DNA from: a virus
Virus record (IMG/VR): IMGVR_UViG_3300032053_000151
Direction: 5' to 3' (one strand)
DNA length: 45,231 nucleotides
In this document: in pieces, positions 25,188 to 34,647 of the stretch
Layout: the number at the start of each line of letters is the position of its first letter
How positions within the stretch are numbered: the first letter of the stretch is position 1
Made by a program: the position numbers and the translations under genes
The notes under the pieces: generated by a model
The model's database searches: none
The model's input: the letters and a program-made list of their open reading frames with translations, nothing else
Told to the model about the DNA's origin: nothing

Positions 25188-27257
25188 ATGGCGACCACCA
25201 TCACCATCGACGAGCAAGCCCTCTCAAACGCCGATGCGTTCCTGACGGCGTTCTTGTCGGAGAAGGTTCCGGACGCGGACTTCAGTCAAGGCAGCGTCAT
25301 TCGCGACTTCGTCATCACCGCCATCGCCTACATCTTCGCCTATCTCGAGCAGGAACGGAAGACCACGCGGGATCAGCAGTCGCTCCTGGCCCTCTCCAAA
25401 CAGTCGGACAGCGAGGCCATCGCAGACGCCGTCAACGCCCTACTCTCCAACTGGTTCATCACAAGAAAAACTGGACAGGTAGCGCGACTCACGGCGACCC
25501 TGCACTTCTCGTCCGCGTCCGATGTCCCGATTTCAACGAGCACGCGCTTCTTCAGAACTACGGATCTGATTTTTGTGCCTGACGCCCCCGCGGCTTTCGT
25601 GATCCCGGCGTCAAAGCTCACCCCAACATTCAACGCCAACAATGTCGTCACAGAGTACACCACGACGGTCAACCTCGTAGCGAAGGACGTGGGCACTGCC
25701 TACAACCTGCCGCCCGGAAAGTTCTTACAGGCGGATCAGTTCAGTCCTTTCTTCACCTTCGCGGAGAACCAATCGACCATTGGCGGGGGCAAGAACATCG
25801 AGAGCACAAGCGACCTTCTGGTCCGAGCTCCAACGGCCATCTCCGTTCGCAACCTCATCAACTCTCGCTCCATCGACACGGTCCTACGTGAAACGTTCGC
25901 TGGCATCTCCCGCGTCCTTTCTCTCGGATTCGGCGACCCAGAGATGTTGCGGGACTTCTCGAGCGAGGCCGTAACACGCCTCCGCATGCACGTTGGTGGA
26001 TTCACGGACATCTACGTTCAGCTCCCGATCACCGAGGTCGTTGAAGACCTTCTCCTTCTGGGCGGTCCGTTCACGCGGCCCGACAACACCATCGCGGTGT
26101 TCAAAGACGCGGCGGCGAACTTTCTCGGACTCCTCCCGACAGCGGTCATTCCAGGAGACATCCTGCGAATCGTGACCGGGCTCCCTGACGCGCCTCGAGA
26201 GTACATCATCGACACGGTCGCGGCGCAGACGCTCACCGTAGTTCCCAGAGCCGCCTTCTCAGAGCCCACCGATGAGGCTCTTCCCTCTCCAGGGACGTAC
26301 GTCAGCTACACCATCGGGGACACTTCTCCGAACTACAGCGACAAACGGAACGTCCTGGCCACCTTGGTCTCTGGCGGGCAAACTTCTCGCGTCATCCAGA
26401 CGCCCTACCGCGTCACACTTCGAGGACGACCGCACTATCGGATCAAGCGAGTGGAGATGTATCTCGCCGCCTCCCCCGCGACCATCGAAGTAATCACTTC
26501 TCGCGTCAACGGAACACCCGCGGCGGCGCAATACCGCGTCTTGGGGCTTACGCCCGCGAACGGGCAATCGGCGTACGCCGTAGACCAAATCGAGGTAAAC
26601 GCCGGATCACACACAGGTGGCCCTTGGAACATGCGCGTCACCTACGACACGCTCGTGGGATACGACGACGTGCAGGCCTTTGTCGTTGACCGCTTTGAAC
26701 GCGTGCTGGCCTCGAACCCCCTCGTCAAGGGCTACACCCCGGTGTACATCCAGATGAGCATCGCCTACCGCTTGCGAATCGGAGCGACCACTGCGCTCGA
26801 TGAAGTGGCGATGGCTCAAACGGTTGCGGCGTTCATCAACACCTTCGACCTAACGCACACTTTGGACATGACCGCCATCCTACAGAACGTGCGGGACGCC
26901 TTCCCAGATCTCGGCGTCATCGTCAGCCCCACCATCCTCGCGTACAGCCTCTTTGCCCCCGACGGCCAGGTGTTTGCCTATGAGACCCAGGACGTAGTCA
27001 CCATCTACCCATCCTACCCCGCGAACAATGCACATCTGACAAACGGCAACCCGGCGACCACGTTTCCTTCCGAGCTCGCTCTTCGCGTCCCCATCGCAAA
27101 CGCGGACATCGACCCGACGACTTCCGGGGCCAACGAAACGATTTTCGCGGCGGCGAACAAGACGCTGAAGGACCAGCTGACTGAGCTCGGGGTCAGAGAC
27201 CGAACGCTCATCTACCTCACTACCGCGGACGATATCACCTTCACCCTGGTGAGCTGA
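25188..27257 (+). CDS. Baseplate J / gp6-like protein, 689 aa.
   Basis: Position after the gp25-like gene and its size fit. GGAGA ribosome-binding site. It shares one copy of the repeat module found in the next gene. Confidence 0.45.
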   Translation: MATTITIDEQALSNADAFLTAFLSEKVPDADFSQGSVIRDFVITAIAYIFAYLEQERKTTRDQQSLLALSKQSDSEAIADAVNALLSNWFITRKTGQVARLTATLHFSSASDVPISTSTRFFRTTDLIFVPDAPAAFVIPASKLTPTFNANNVVTEYTTTVNLVAKDVGTAYNLPPGKFLQADQFSPFFTFAENQSTIGGGKNIESTSDLLVRAPTAISVRNLINSRSIDTVLRETFAGISRVLSLGFGDPEMLRDFSSEAVTRLRMHVGGFTDIYVQLPITEVVEDLLLLGGPFTRPDNTIAVFKDAAANFLGLLPTAVIPGDILRIVTGLPDAPREYIIDTVAAQTLTVVPRAAFSEPTDEALPSPGTYVSYTIGDTSPNYSDKRNVLATLVSGGQTSRVIQTPYRVTLRGRPHYRIKRVEMYLAASPATIEVITSRVNGTPAAAQYRVLGLTPANGQSAYAVDQIEVNAGSHTGGPWNMRVTYDTLVGYDDVQAFVVDRFERVLASNPLVKGYTPVYIQMSIAYRLRIGATTALDEVAMAQTVAAFINTFDLTHTLDMTAILQNVRDAFPDLGVIVSPTILAYSLFAPDGQVFAYETQDVVTIYPSYPANNAHLTNGNPATTFPSELALRVPIANADIDPTTSGANETIFAAANKTLKDQLTELGVRDRTLIYLTTADDITFTLVS

Positions 27258-27260
27258 GCC

Positions 27261-29888
27261 ATGGCTCTGATCGGCAACAACGCTGACACGCTGCTCCACG
27301 GCCTCTCGGCCTTCTGGCATCGGTTCTTTCGCGACATCGGGGACATCCAGGCCACGTACGAGGGGACGGAGATTCTGTTCGGTCAGGTCTACCTGAACTT
27401 CTTGAGCGACGTGCTCAACACCAGCGCCGTCGAAGCACCCCTGTTCCGCAAAGAGTTCTACAAGTTGATCACAATTCGTGAAGACCAGCTGGTCTACCAT
27501 GAGAAGGGCACGGAGCTTGATGCCCCTCCGGGGACTCAATTTTACGGAAACCGAGGAAACAACCGCTACGTCTACACCAGCGATACTTTCTTCGGGGCCA
27601 TCCCGCACCTCCAGGACAGGATCTTCGCGCCCGCCACTTCGTTCGAGGAAGGCGTGGACTACCGAGTCGCTGGTGGGGAGCTCCAGCTGAAAGTTGACCC
27701 GACGAACCCTGTCCCACCAGGGTACGCGCAGCGACGGGTGGTCATCGCCATCGGCGGAAAGTTCACCAGCTCTACGACGACCAACTGGCTCGCGGCGGGG
27801 GTCGAGAAGGGCGACACGCTCTACTACAGCGAGTCCACGGACTTGGGCATTGGGACGCCGCTTATTTTCAATGCGCTGCTCGAATCGCGGACAGCCACGA
27901 TCATTCACGTCACCGACAAGTACCTCACAGTCTCCATCGACACGCCGTTTCCCACGTTCCCTCCGGGCGCTGACCCGTCGGGGTTCTCGTGGCGGGTGAT
28001 GCGAAAGCGTGACGACGGTCTGTACAACCCGACGCTACCCAGGTCTCCTGGGGGAACGGCCCCGTTCACAGACGGGCAAATCGTGAAGGTGGACGGCGTC
28101 GGAATCACAACGTTGGAAGTCAGTGAGCTCGCCTTCTGGGCGGTCGATACGAAGATCGACGATCTCACTCTCTACAACACCTACGGGTACTTCTTCACCA
28201 ACCCGCGACTCTCGACCGAGACATACCGCTCTCTCGTTCGCGGCCTCATGCAGCTGTACATCCTTGGCCCAGCGTTAGCGCGCCTCGAAAGTGCGCTCAA
28301 CCTCACCGCGAGCCTGCCCACCATTCGCTCCGAGGGAGAGATCCTTGTCTCCTACGACAATGGGGTACTCGCATCCGGCGTAACGGGTGTCCTGCTCATC
28401 AACGACGTATTTGAAATCCCCTTGCCTCTCTTTTCAACAGAAGCGGTTGGTGGATTCATCGTGATCTCAGACTCCGACTTCTACAACAACGTCGGAACAT
28501 TCAACATCATCGAGTACATCAGCCCGACCAAGGTGGTGCTAAAACCGGCGTTGCCGTTCACCCCGGACACGAACCTCAAGTGGCTCTTCACACTGAACAA
28601 CAAGCAGACGGTCACGACGGATCAAAACGTCTACGAGTACCCGCTCAACATCCCCATGCGGACAGACGTCAAGGACCCGGCGAACATCGACGTCCTCACT
28701 TTCCAGGCCTTCGAATCACTGACACTGGCCATCCAGGTGACCGACTACGTACAGGACCCCGAGTGGTGGCACACCATCACCATTCCGCAGGAACTGATGC
28801 CCGACACCCCAGGGGCACGACGAGTTGTCACACCACAGCTCTACCCCAACATCCTGGGCCCCGTCGGTGACGCCAACATCGGCGATCCTGGCTTCTACAT
28901 TGGTCGAGACGAAGACAGCGGAAACTTGGCGCAAGGAACCACAGGAAAACTGCTTACCGGCGACCTCTTCGAGGTCTCAGAGGCCAACACTTTCGACGCT
29001 ACCTCCGTTGGCGAGTACGTGCAGATCTACACCGCGGCGAACCCGACGAACGTAGGAATCTTTGAAATCCTCACGTACCTCAGCCCGACCCAGGTGGTAC
29101 TGGTCGCCGGTGCGTACGTTCCTGAGACTCTCCTCACTTGGGGCTACTTCAAAGGGCACTTGGCAACAAAGCCGTACCGCCACAACGCTGCGTTCATTCT
29201 GATGGACCGCTTCCTCAAGCTTCACATGTTCGCGGTGCTCGTCGACTCGTCGGTTAGCTTGACCAACATCCTAGTCACAGACCTAGTTAAGATCTTGAAG
29301 GATGTGAAGCCCGTACACACCGCCTTGTACTTCCGGCCGTCTACCACGTTCCACGACGTCATTGACCTCACCGAAGAGGCACTGAAGATCAAGATGGTTC
29401 GTCGGCAGAACGAAGAAATCACCACCCTCGAGAACGACTTCATCATCACACCGGATGTTGCTTCTGGGATCACCGGGGAGCTCCTAGTAGGGAATATTTT
29501 CCAGACTCCAGGGGCAACCTTCTCGGCGCTATCCGTGGGCCAGCACGTTCACATCGACGTAGCGGTCAACACTAACAACGTTGGTACGTTCGTCATCGCA
29601 ACGTACATCAGCCCAACACAGGTCACGCTGACCCCCATCACCTTCTTCACGCCCGAGGCGGGATTGACATGGGGCTACTACGAAGGATGGCTCATCGGAA
29701 ACACGTGGAAATTCGCTAATCCCGTCGGTGGCGCCCTAACGTTAAACCCAGGAGTTGGTGGGATATTCGTAGCAATCGGGGGGTCGGACCCTTCCATCCA
29801 GCCCGCCGACCCGACGAACATCCCCCCAGGGGGACTCCCAGACCTCAGCTGGCTTGACCGGTCCTTGTACGTGTACATGCACCCTTGA
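27261..29888 (+). CDS. Large baseplate or tail-fibre-associated protein of 875 aa (gpI / gp7-like by position) with four internal repeats of about 65 aa.
   Basis: Repeat copies are GGKFTSS...TATIIHVTDKYLTVSI, TGVLLINDVFEI...VGTFNIIEYISPTKVVLKP, TGKLLTGDLFEV...VGIFEILTYLSPTQVVLV and TGELLVGNIFQT...VGTFVIATYISPTQVTLTP. Confidence 0.5.
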   Translation: MALIGNNADTLLHGLSAFWHRFFRDIGDIQATYEGTEILFGQVYLNFLSDVLNTSAVEAPLFRKEFYKLITIREDQLVYHEKGTELDAPPGTQFYGNRGNNRYVYTSDTFFGAIPHLQDRIFAPATSFEEGVDYRVAGGELQLKVDPTNPVPPGYAQRRVVIAIGGKFTSSTTTNWLAAGVEKGDTLYYSESTDLGIGTPLIFNALLESRTATIIHVTDKYLTVSIDTPFPTFPPGADPSGFSWRVMRKRDDGLYNPTLPRSPGGTAPFTDGQIVKVDGVGITTLEVSELAFWAVDTKIDDLTLYNTYGYFFTNPRLSTETYRSLVRGLMQLYILGPALARLESALNLTASLPTIRSEGEILVSYDNGVLASGVTGVLLINDVFEIPLPLFSTEAVGGFIVISDSDFYNNVGTFNIIEYISPTKVVLKPALPFTPDTNLKWLFTLNNKQTVTTDQNVYEYPLNIPMRTDVKDPANIDVLTFQAFESLTLAIQVTDYVQDPEWWHTITIPQELMPDTPGARRVVTPQLYPNILGPVGDANIGDPGFYIGRDEDSGNLAQGTTGKLLTGDLFEVSEANTFDATSVGEYVQIYTAANPTNVGIFEILTYLSPTQVVLVAGAYVPETLLTWGYFKGHLATKPYRHNAAFILMDRFLKLHMFAVLVDSSVSLTNILVTDLVKILKDVKPVHTALYFRPSTTFHDVIDLTEEALKIKMVRRQNEEITTLENDFIITPDVASGITGELLVGNIFQTPGATFSALSVGQHVHIDVAVNTNNVGTFVIATYISPTQVTLTPITFFTPEAGLTWGYYEGWLIGNTWKFANPVGGALTLNPGVGGIFVAIGGSDPSIQPADPTNIPPGGLPDLSWLDRSLYVYMHP
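27750..29661 (+). repeat. Four intragenic repeats coding for a module of about 65 aa (consensus TGxLLxGDxFExxxxxFxAxSVGxxVxIxxAxNxxNVGxFxIxxYISPTQVxL), spaced about 185 aa apart.
   Basis: Visible at the DNA level as TACATCAGCCCGACC-AGGT(G/C) recurrences. Boundaries are approximate. Confidence 0.5.
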
Positions 29889-30478
29889 CTTTGATAGGTT
29901 CCGCGCCCATGCAAACTGCCTTCACAGGTGTCATCCCGATGCGAGGCGACTTGCGTATCACCGTGCGTCGAGCTGACACGGGGGAGAAAACGTGGGGCTA
30001 TGAGATCCGCAACACCATCACCTTCTCCGCGCTGAGCAACCTCGTGCTCGTGCTCGCACAGAAAACATTCGGATCCCCTGGGGCGCTGAACGACCCGACG
30101 AACTCCTCCGTCCTGTACCTGCGAGTCGGTGACAACGTCACCGCGCCAGTACGGTCGAACACGAATCTTCTGAGCCCGCTGCCGAGCTCCATCGCGCCGT
30201 ACACCATCACACTGATCGACGCGAACAAGACACTGACCACCTCGAATCCGTTCGAGATGAAAATTACCGCGACCATCCCGGCAACGGACCTCAACGGTTC
30301 CACACTCCGAGAAGCGGGGCTGTTCACCCGTGGTTCAACGTCCGTCGCTCCTCCAGGTGAGTACCCCGTAGCAAGCGGTCGCTACCCCGAGCTCTTCGCT
30401 CGTCAAGTTCACCCGGACATCGTCAAGAACGCCGCCTTCGTAGTTGACTACGATTGGCGCATCGCCTTTACGTCGTAA
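29885..30478 (+). CDS. Hypothetical tail or baseplate protein, 197 aa. The start is either TTG at 29885 (TTGA overlap) or ATG at 29909.
   Basis: It lies between the baseplate and fibre genes. Confidence 0.4.
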   Translation: MTLIGSAPMQTAFTGVIPMRGDLRITVRRADTGEKTWGYEIRNTITFSALSNLVLVLAQKTFGSPGALNDPTNSSVLYLRVGDNVTAPVRSNTNLLSPLPSSIAPYTITLIDANKTLTTSNPFEMKITATIPATDLNGSTLREAGLFTRGSTSVAPPGEYPVASGRYPELFARQVHPDIVKNAAFVVDYDWRIAFTS

Positions 30479-30490
30479 ATCGGAGATTCC

Positions 30491-33400
30491 ATGGCCCGTC
30501 AACACATTGACTACACGACAAGCGCGCTGTCTCCTCCGAACGCCCCAGCCGATGACGGCCTGGACACCGGGAGCGCGGACGCCACCGCGATCCGCCCGGT
30601 CATCGATGGCCAGCCCGCGCAGGCAGCGGTGTTCAAACGTCCCTCCGAGAATCTCCGGACTCGTACGGAGAAGATCCGTACGGAACTCGAGAACCTCAAG
30701 TACCTGAGCGACGCCGACCGCGCTCTTCTCTTGACCGGGCCTGGGAGCATCACCTGGAACGGCCAAGGCCCAGGGGCGTTCCCCCTGGGGACATTTCAAC
30801 TGACACCGGCGACCTCGTTGACCGTCAAGCCGTTTTTGGCGCCTGCGACATCGATCCCGAGCCGTCTCATCATTTGCGCCGGAACCATCGCGCAGATCAC
30901 GTTCCGAACCATTCGAACCGCCGGGTCCGCGCCTCGCGCCTACAGTGGTGCGAACGACATCACCATCGACTTCCAACCCGTTTCAGTTGGAACGGGAACC
31001 GTAATCGTCACCGCCACGGGGACTCCCGCCAACAACGTCCACGTTCAGTATGACAGTCATCCCACGACGTTCACGACAGTCGACCAGACAGTCGGGAACA
31101 GCCTCATCCAACAGTTCAACGCATCCGCGGTAGCCCTCTCACTGGGCCTTGAAGCCGTCTTCGAAGGTGGTGGCACGCCGCCCGAAGTTGGGTACCCGCC
31201 GCCACCGCTGGTCTCGGCCGCCGCGAAGATCGACACCTACATCTCCGCCCCGGAGAAGGCTACCCGCTTCATGTCTGGCGCTGCGGACGCGGAGAAGCAT
31301 GTCATCCCCGAAACGCAGCTCGTCACGTTCTTCACGGATCCTCTCAATGCGCTGATCGACGGCGACACGCTCTGCATTCGCTACGAAGATCTGGTGATGT
31401 CACCAACGGACGGCGGACGACGTCAATCAATCGCCGACCTGCCGGAGAACAACCTCACCATCCCGGCGGGAAGCCTGTTCCTCCTGCGCCGATTCCCTGA
31501 CCGGCTCCCGTTGGCAATTCCGGTCTGTGCGGTCGCTGGCGGCCAACTCGTCTTCATCAATGGGCGGGTTTATGGGGCCGGAGAGTCCGGGCCTCTCGTC
31601 GCCTCGGGCGCGTCGTACCAGGGCAGCAACGCTGCGCCGAACTCGTGGGCGGACAACACGGTGCTTTCCGGCACGATGCCTGTCAGCTTCGAGACGGCGC
31701 TCGACACCATCATTCAGACATTGGGCGCAGTCACGTCGCCCTCAGGGGCGCACAAGGTTGGCATTCCTGCGATCTCAGGGTCTCCGATTAGCGCCCCTGC
31801 GGGTGGAGTACACGCGGCGATCAGCAACGTTATCACAGGGGCGAACACTCACATCAACAACGGAACTGGGGCTCACGCCGCCAGCGCCATCTCCTACGCC
31901 GGGAACACGAACGTCAGCGCGACTGACGTCGAAGGCGCCCTGGACGAGCTCGACAACGAGAAAGCGGGTATCGCGCTCGCGAACACGTTCACCCAGACGA
32001 ATACGTTCGCCGAGGTTCACACAACCGGAAACGTAGGCGTTCGTACCGCTACTCCGGGAGCCCCCCTCGATGTCGCAGGGCAAAACAACTGGGATACCAG
32101 CAGCACAGAGGGAGATTTCCGAATCGGAAATCCGACCTACCGCATTAAGATGGGAATCGCGACCGGTGGTGGCGGAGCCGGAGCTGCGACCATTGCCGCG
32201 CAGGGCGGACTCAACCTTCTCCAACTTGGCGCGGGAACAACGCTCTCCGATCAGCAAGCACTCCGAGTCACCGGCGGAAATGTCGGCGTAGGAGTCAACC
32301 CAACAGAGAAACTGACCGTCGACGGAAATACCAGCGTCCCCGCGGCGAACGACTTCAAGTACGCAACAGCGAGGACGCGCACGGTCTGGTACTCTCCTTC
32401 GGAAATGCAACTCCTCACACCAGGAACGCAGAATCTCACACGAGGCGTTGGGAGCGGGCAGAAGCAGATCAATCACGGAATTACCCGGGTTTCCATGGAA
32501 CAACGGGACATCGTAGACGCCAGTTCGAACGGATCCGACACCGTCCTGATGTTCTGGAGCAACACCTGGGGAAAATCCCGAGCGCGTATCGTGATCCCTG
32601 TGCGCGGTATTCCAAGCGGAGCAACTGTCACTGCGATCCGAGTACTCGGAGAACAGGCAGGAAATGGGGCAGGTCTCGTCAACAGCATCTCCGCCGAAGT
32701 TCGGCTTAAGACCCGCGGAATCGGAGCGGGGTTCAACATCAACGGGCCCACAATCCTCACTCCAGGGGGTACTCCGAGCGCTACGGGATGGACCCCCGTC
32801 GACCTGACGACCGGCGCCTTCACACACAGCATCAACCACAACAGCAACCTGCACGAGATCCAGGTCGACATAATCCTCGACTACAAGCAGACAAACACGA
32901 TGCAAACCGGATCCGCCAACAGCGCGTGGGGAGCGGCGGCGTCCCCCACATTGAACGGCTGCTTCATCGCCACTGGCGGGCACGACAACTTCACTCCGAC
33001 AGTGACGAGCAACGAGGCCTTTCTGATCGATCCTCGGATCGGTATCACTAAGACACTCGCTACCATGGCCACGCCGCGAGCATTTCACTCACAGCGTACC
33101 ATCGAAAAAGACAACGCGGTGTTCGTCGTAGGAGGGCGTAATCACGCACTCGTCGCCACAGGGTCTGTCGAAGTCTACTACCCAAGCTCCAATACCTGGA
33201 ACGCCGTCGGAACCGCGACAGCGGGGCGGTACCCAACGCTCATCCCAAATCCCGCATCGGACGGAATTTACTCAGTTGGGGGATCGCTAGTCGGGGGCGG
33301 AAACACAGCGGTGGTAGAGGAGATCAAAGCTAGCGGCGTGACCACCAGAGCGTCCCTTCCTATCGCACTCCGCCAACATGCAATGTCCTATGTCCAGCAC

Positions 33401-34027
33401 GTCGGTACGCGCCGTCTGATGGTGACCGGTGGTCTCGACGGCTTCAGTTCGGCGCAAACGACTTCCTACTTTTACCACCCGGAGGCGGACTCGTGGGCAA
33501 CCGGAGGCGGAACACAGAATATGACCGCCGCCCGCTACGGGCATGCGCAGCTAACCCTTTCGAACGGTTTCATCTTCGTTGCAGGCGGGAACAACGCTTC
33601 AGCCGAAATGTACAATCCATTCATCGGAAGATGGATCACCCTGGCGGGTCACGCGGCTCTCGGAAACGCGAACAGCCGGGATGGAGAAAATCACCTGATC
33701 GAGGTTCCTGGTGGCGTTATCTACGCTACGCCGGACACACCATTCCTCTACTACGACTTCAGGACGAACGTGTGGACACGCATCGAATCCACACGGCACG
33801 GTTCAACCGCCACGTTCATCGACGGAACAGGGATCAACTCAGCCGCCGCGGTATCTGAGAGCGGAACGGTGTTGAACTACGGGACATACCTCACAGGGCA
33901 GGAACGAACCGTCTGGGTCATGGACCCCAATATCCCTTCGGTGACCAATGCTCGCCTGGGAATCGGGTTCCGTCTCTCCGGTGTCGCGCTGGAATACTCC
34001 TACACCAACGTCAACTCGGAGACATAA
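30491..34027 (+). CDS. Tail fibre or receptor-binding protein of 1178 aa, with a C-terminal Kelch-type beta-propeller (about aa 830-1120, nt 32978-33851).
   Basis: GGAGA ribosome-binding site. The central fibre-like segment reads AISYAGNTNVSATDVEGALDELDNEKAGIALANTF. The C-terminus has repeated GG / Y-x-P-x-x-N-x-W Kelch blades (VVGGRNH...YYPSSNTWNAVG, FVAGGNNAS...MYNPFIGRWITLAG). Confidence 0.6.
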   Translation: MARQHIDYTTSALSPPNAPADDGLDTGSADATAIRPVIDGQPAQAAVFKRPSENLRTRTEKIRTELENLKYLSDADRALLLTGPGSITWNGQGPGAFPLGTFQLTPATSLTVKPFLAPATSIPSRLIICAGTIAQITFRTIRTAGSAPRAYSGANDITIDFQPVSVGTGTVIVTATGTPANNVHVQYDSHPTTFTTVDQTVGNSLIQQFNASAVALSLGLEAVFEGGGTPPEVGYPPPPLVSAAAKIDTYISAPEKATRFMSGAADAEKHVIPETQLVTFFTDPLNALIDGDTLCIRYEDLVMSPTDGGRRQSIADLPENNLTIPAGSLFLLRRFPDRLPLAIPVCAVAGGQLVFINGRVYGAGESGPLVASGASYQGSNAAPNSWADNTVLSGTMPVSFETALDTIIQTLGAVTSPSGAHKVGIPAISGSPISAPAGGVHAAISNVITGANTHINNGTGAHAASAISYAGNTNVSATDVEGALDELDNEKAGIALANTFTQTNTFAEVHTTGNVGVRTATPGAPLDVAGQNNWDTSSTEGDFRIGNPTYRIKMGIATGGGGAGAATIAAQGGLNLLQLGAGTTLSDQQALRVTGGNVGVGVNPTEKLTVDGNTSVPAANDFKYATARTRTVWYSPSEMQLLTPGTQNLTRGVGSGQKQINHGITRVSMEQRDIVDASSNGSDTVLMFWSNTWGKSRARIVIPVRGIPSGATVTAIRVLGEQAGNGAGLVNSISAEVRLKTRGIGAGFNINGPTILTPGGTPSATGWTPVDLTTGAFTHSINHNSNLHEIQVDIILDYKQTNTMQTGSANSAWGAAASPTLNGCFIATGGHDNFTPTVTSNEAFLIDPRIGITKTLATMATPRAFHSQRTIEKDNAVFVVGGRNHALVATGSVEVYYPSSNTWNAVGTATAGRYPTLIPNPASDGIYSVGGSLVGGGNTAVVEEIKASGVTTRASLPIALRQHAMSYVQHVGTRRLMVTGGLDGFSSAQTTSYFYHPEADSWATGGGTQNMTAARYGHAQLTLSNGFIFVAGGNNASAEMYNPFIGRWITLAGHAALGNANSRDGENHLIEVPGGVIYATPDTPFLYYDFRTNVWTRIESTRHGSTATFIDGTGINSAAAVSESGTVLNYGTYLTGQERTVWVMDPNIPSVTNARLGIGFRLSGVALEYSYTNVNSET

Positions 34028-34030
34028 CAC

Positions 34031-34252
34031 ATGCCAACACCTGCTCAACCCGCCTGCCAAGCCGCCGTGGCTACAAGCTGCGACGGTGGAGGTGAGCTGG
34101 GGCCTCTGTTCCTGCTTGAATACCCATACCGGATGGACATGCCCACTCCGGCGGTCGTTCCACGTCCGTTGATCGTATGCGAGGCGTGTTGCGCTGAACT
34201 TGGTGCTGCGAGTCATCGTCGTACTCTCTACCCCTGGCCCCCAGCGGAATGA
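34031..34252 (+). CDS. Small Cys-rich protein of 73 aa, a possible fibre assembly or accessory protein.
   Basis: Its stop overlaps the next ATG (ATGA). Confidence 0.35.
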   Translation: MPTPAQPACQAAVATSCDGGGELGPLFLLEYPYRMDMPTPAVVPRPLIVCEACCAELGAASHRRTLYPWPPAE

Positions 34253-34647
34253 CCACCCAAGAACGCATCCTCGCTCTCGCCGAGAAGGTGAAGAACCCTC
34301 CATCGTGGTGGTGGAAGGTTCTGGGCGGGCTCATCTTCTTGGTGATGGCCATCTGGATCAGCTACCTGCTGTCCAAGCGCTCCGAAGCTCTGGCGGCGCT
34401 GAAGACCGAAGCCGACAAGAAGCGACTGGCCGCCGAGAAGGCTGCCGTCGATGCGAAGGTCGAAGTCGACGTCAACAAGCGCAAGGCGGCGGAGGAAGCC
34501 GCTCAGGCGGCCCTGGCTGCGGCCAACATCGACCAGGCGAACATCGCCAAGCTCGAGGCTGAACACAAGAGCCACGTGGCCCAGCTGCAAGCGGTGAAGG
34601 ACAAGGACTGGGACGCGTTGAACAAGCTCGCCGGGGTGAAGCCGTGA
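34249..34647 (+). CDS. Membrane-anchored coiled-coil protein of 132 aa with an N-terminal transmembrane helix. It is i-spanin-like.
   Basis: Transmembrane segment WWWKVLGGLIFLVMAIWISYLL, then an Ala/Lys/Glu-rich coiled coil. Confidence 0.45.
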   Translation: MTTQERILALAEKVKNPPSWWWKVLGGLIFLVMAIWISYLLSKRSEALAALKTEADKKRLAAEKAAVDAKVEVDVNKRKAAEEAAQAALAAANIDQANIAKLEAEHKSHVAQLQAVKDKDWDALNKLAGVKP

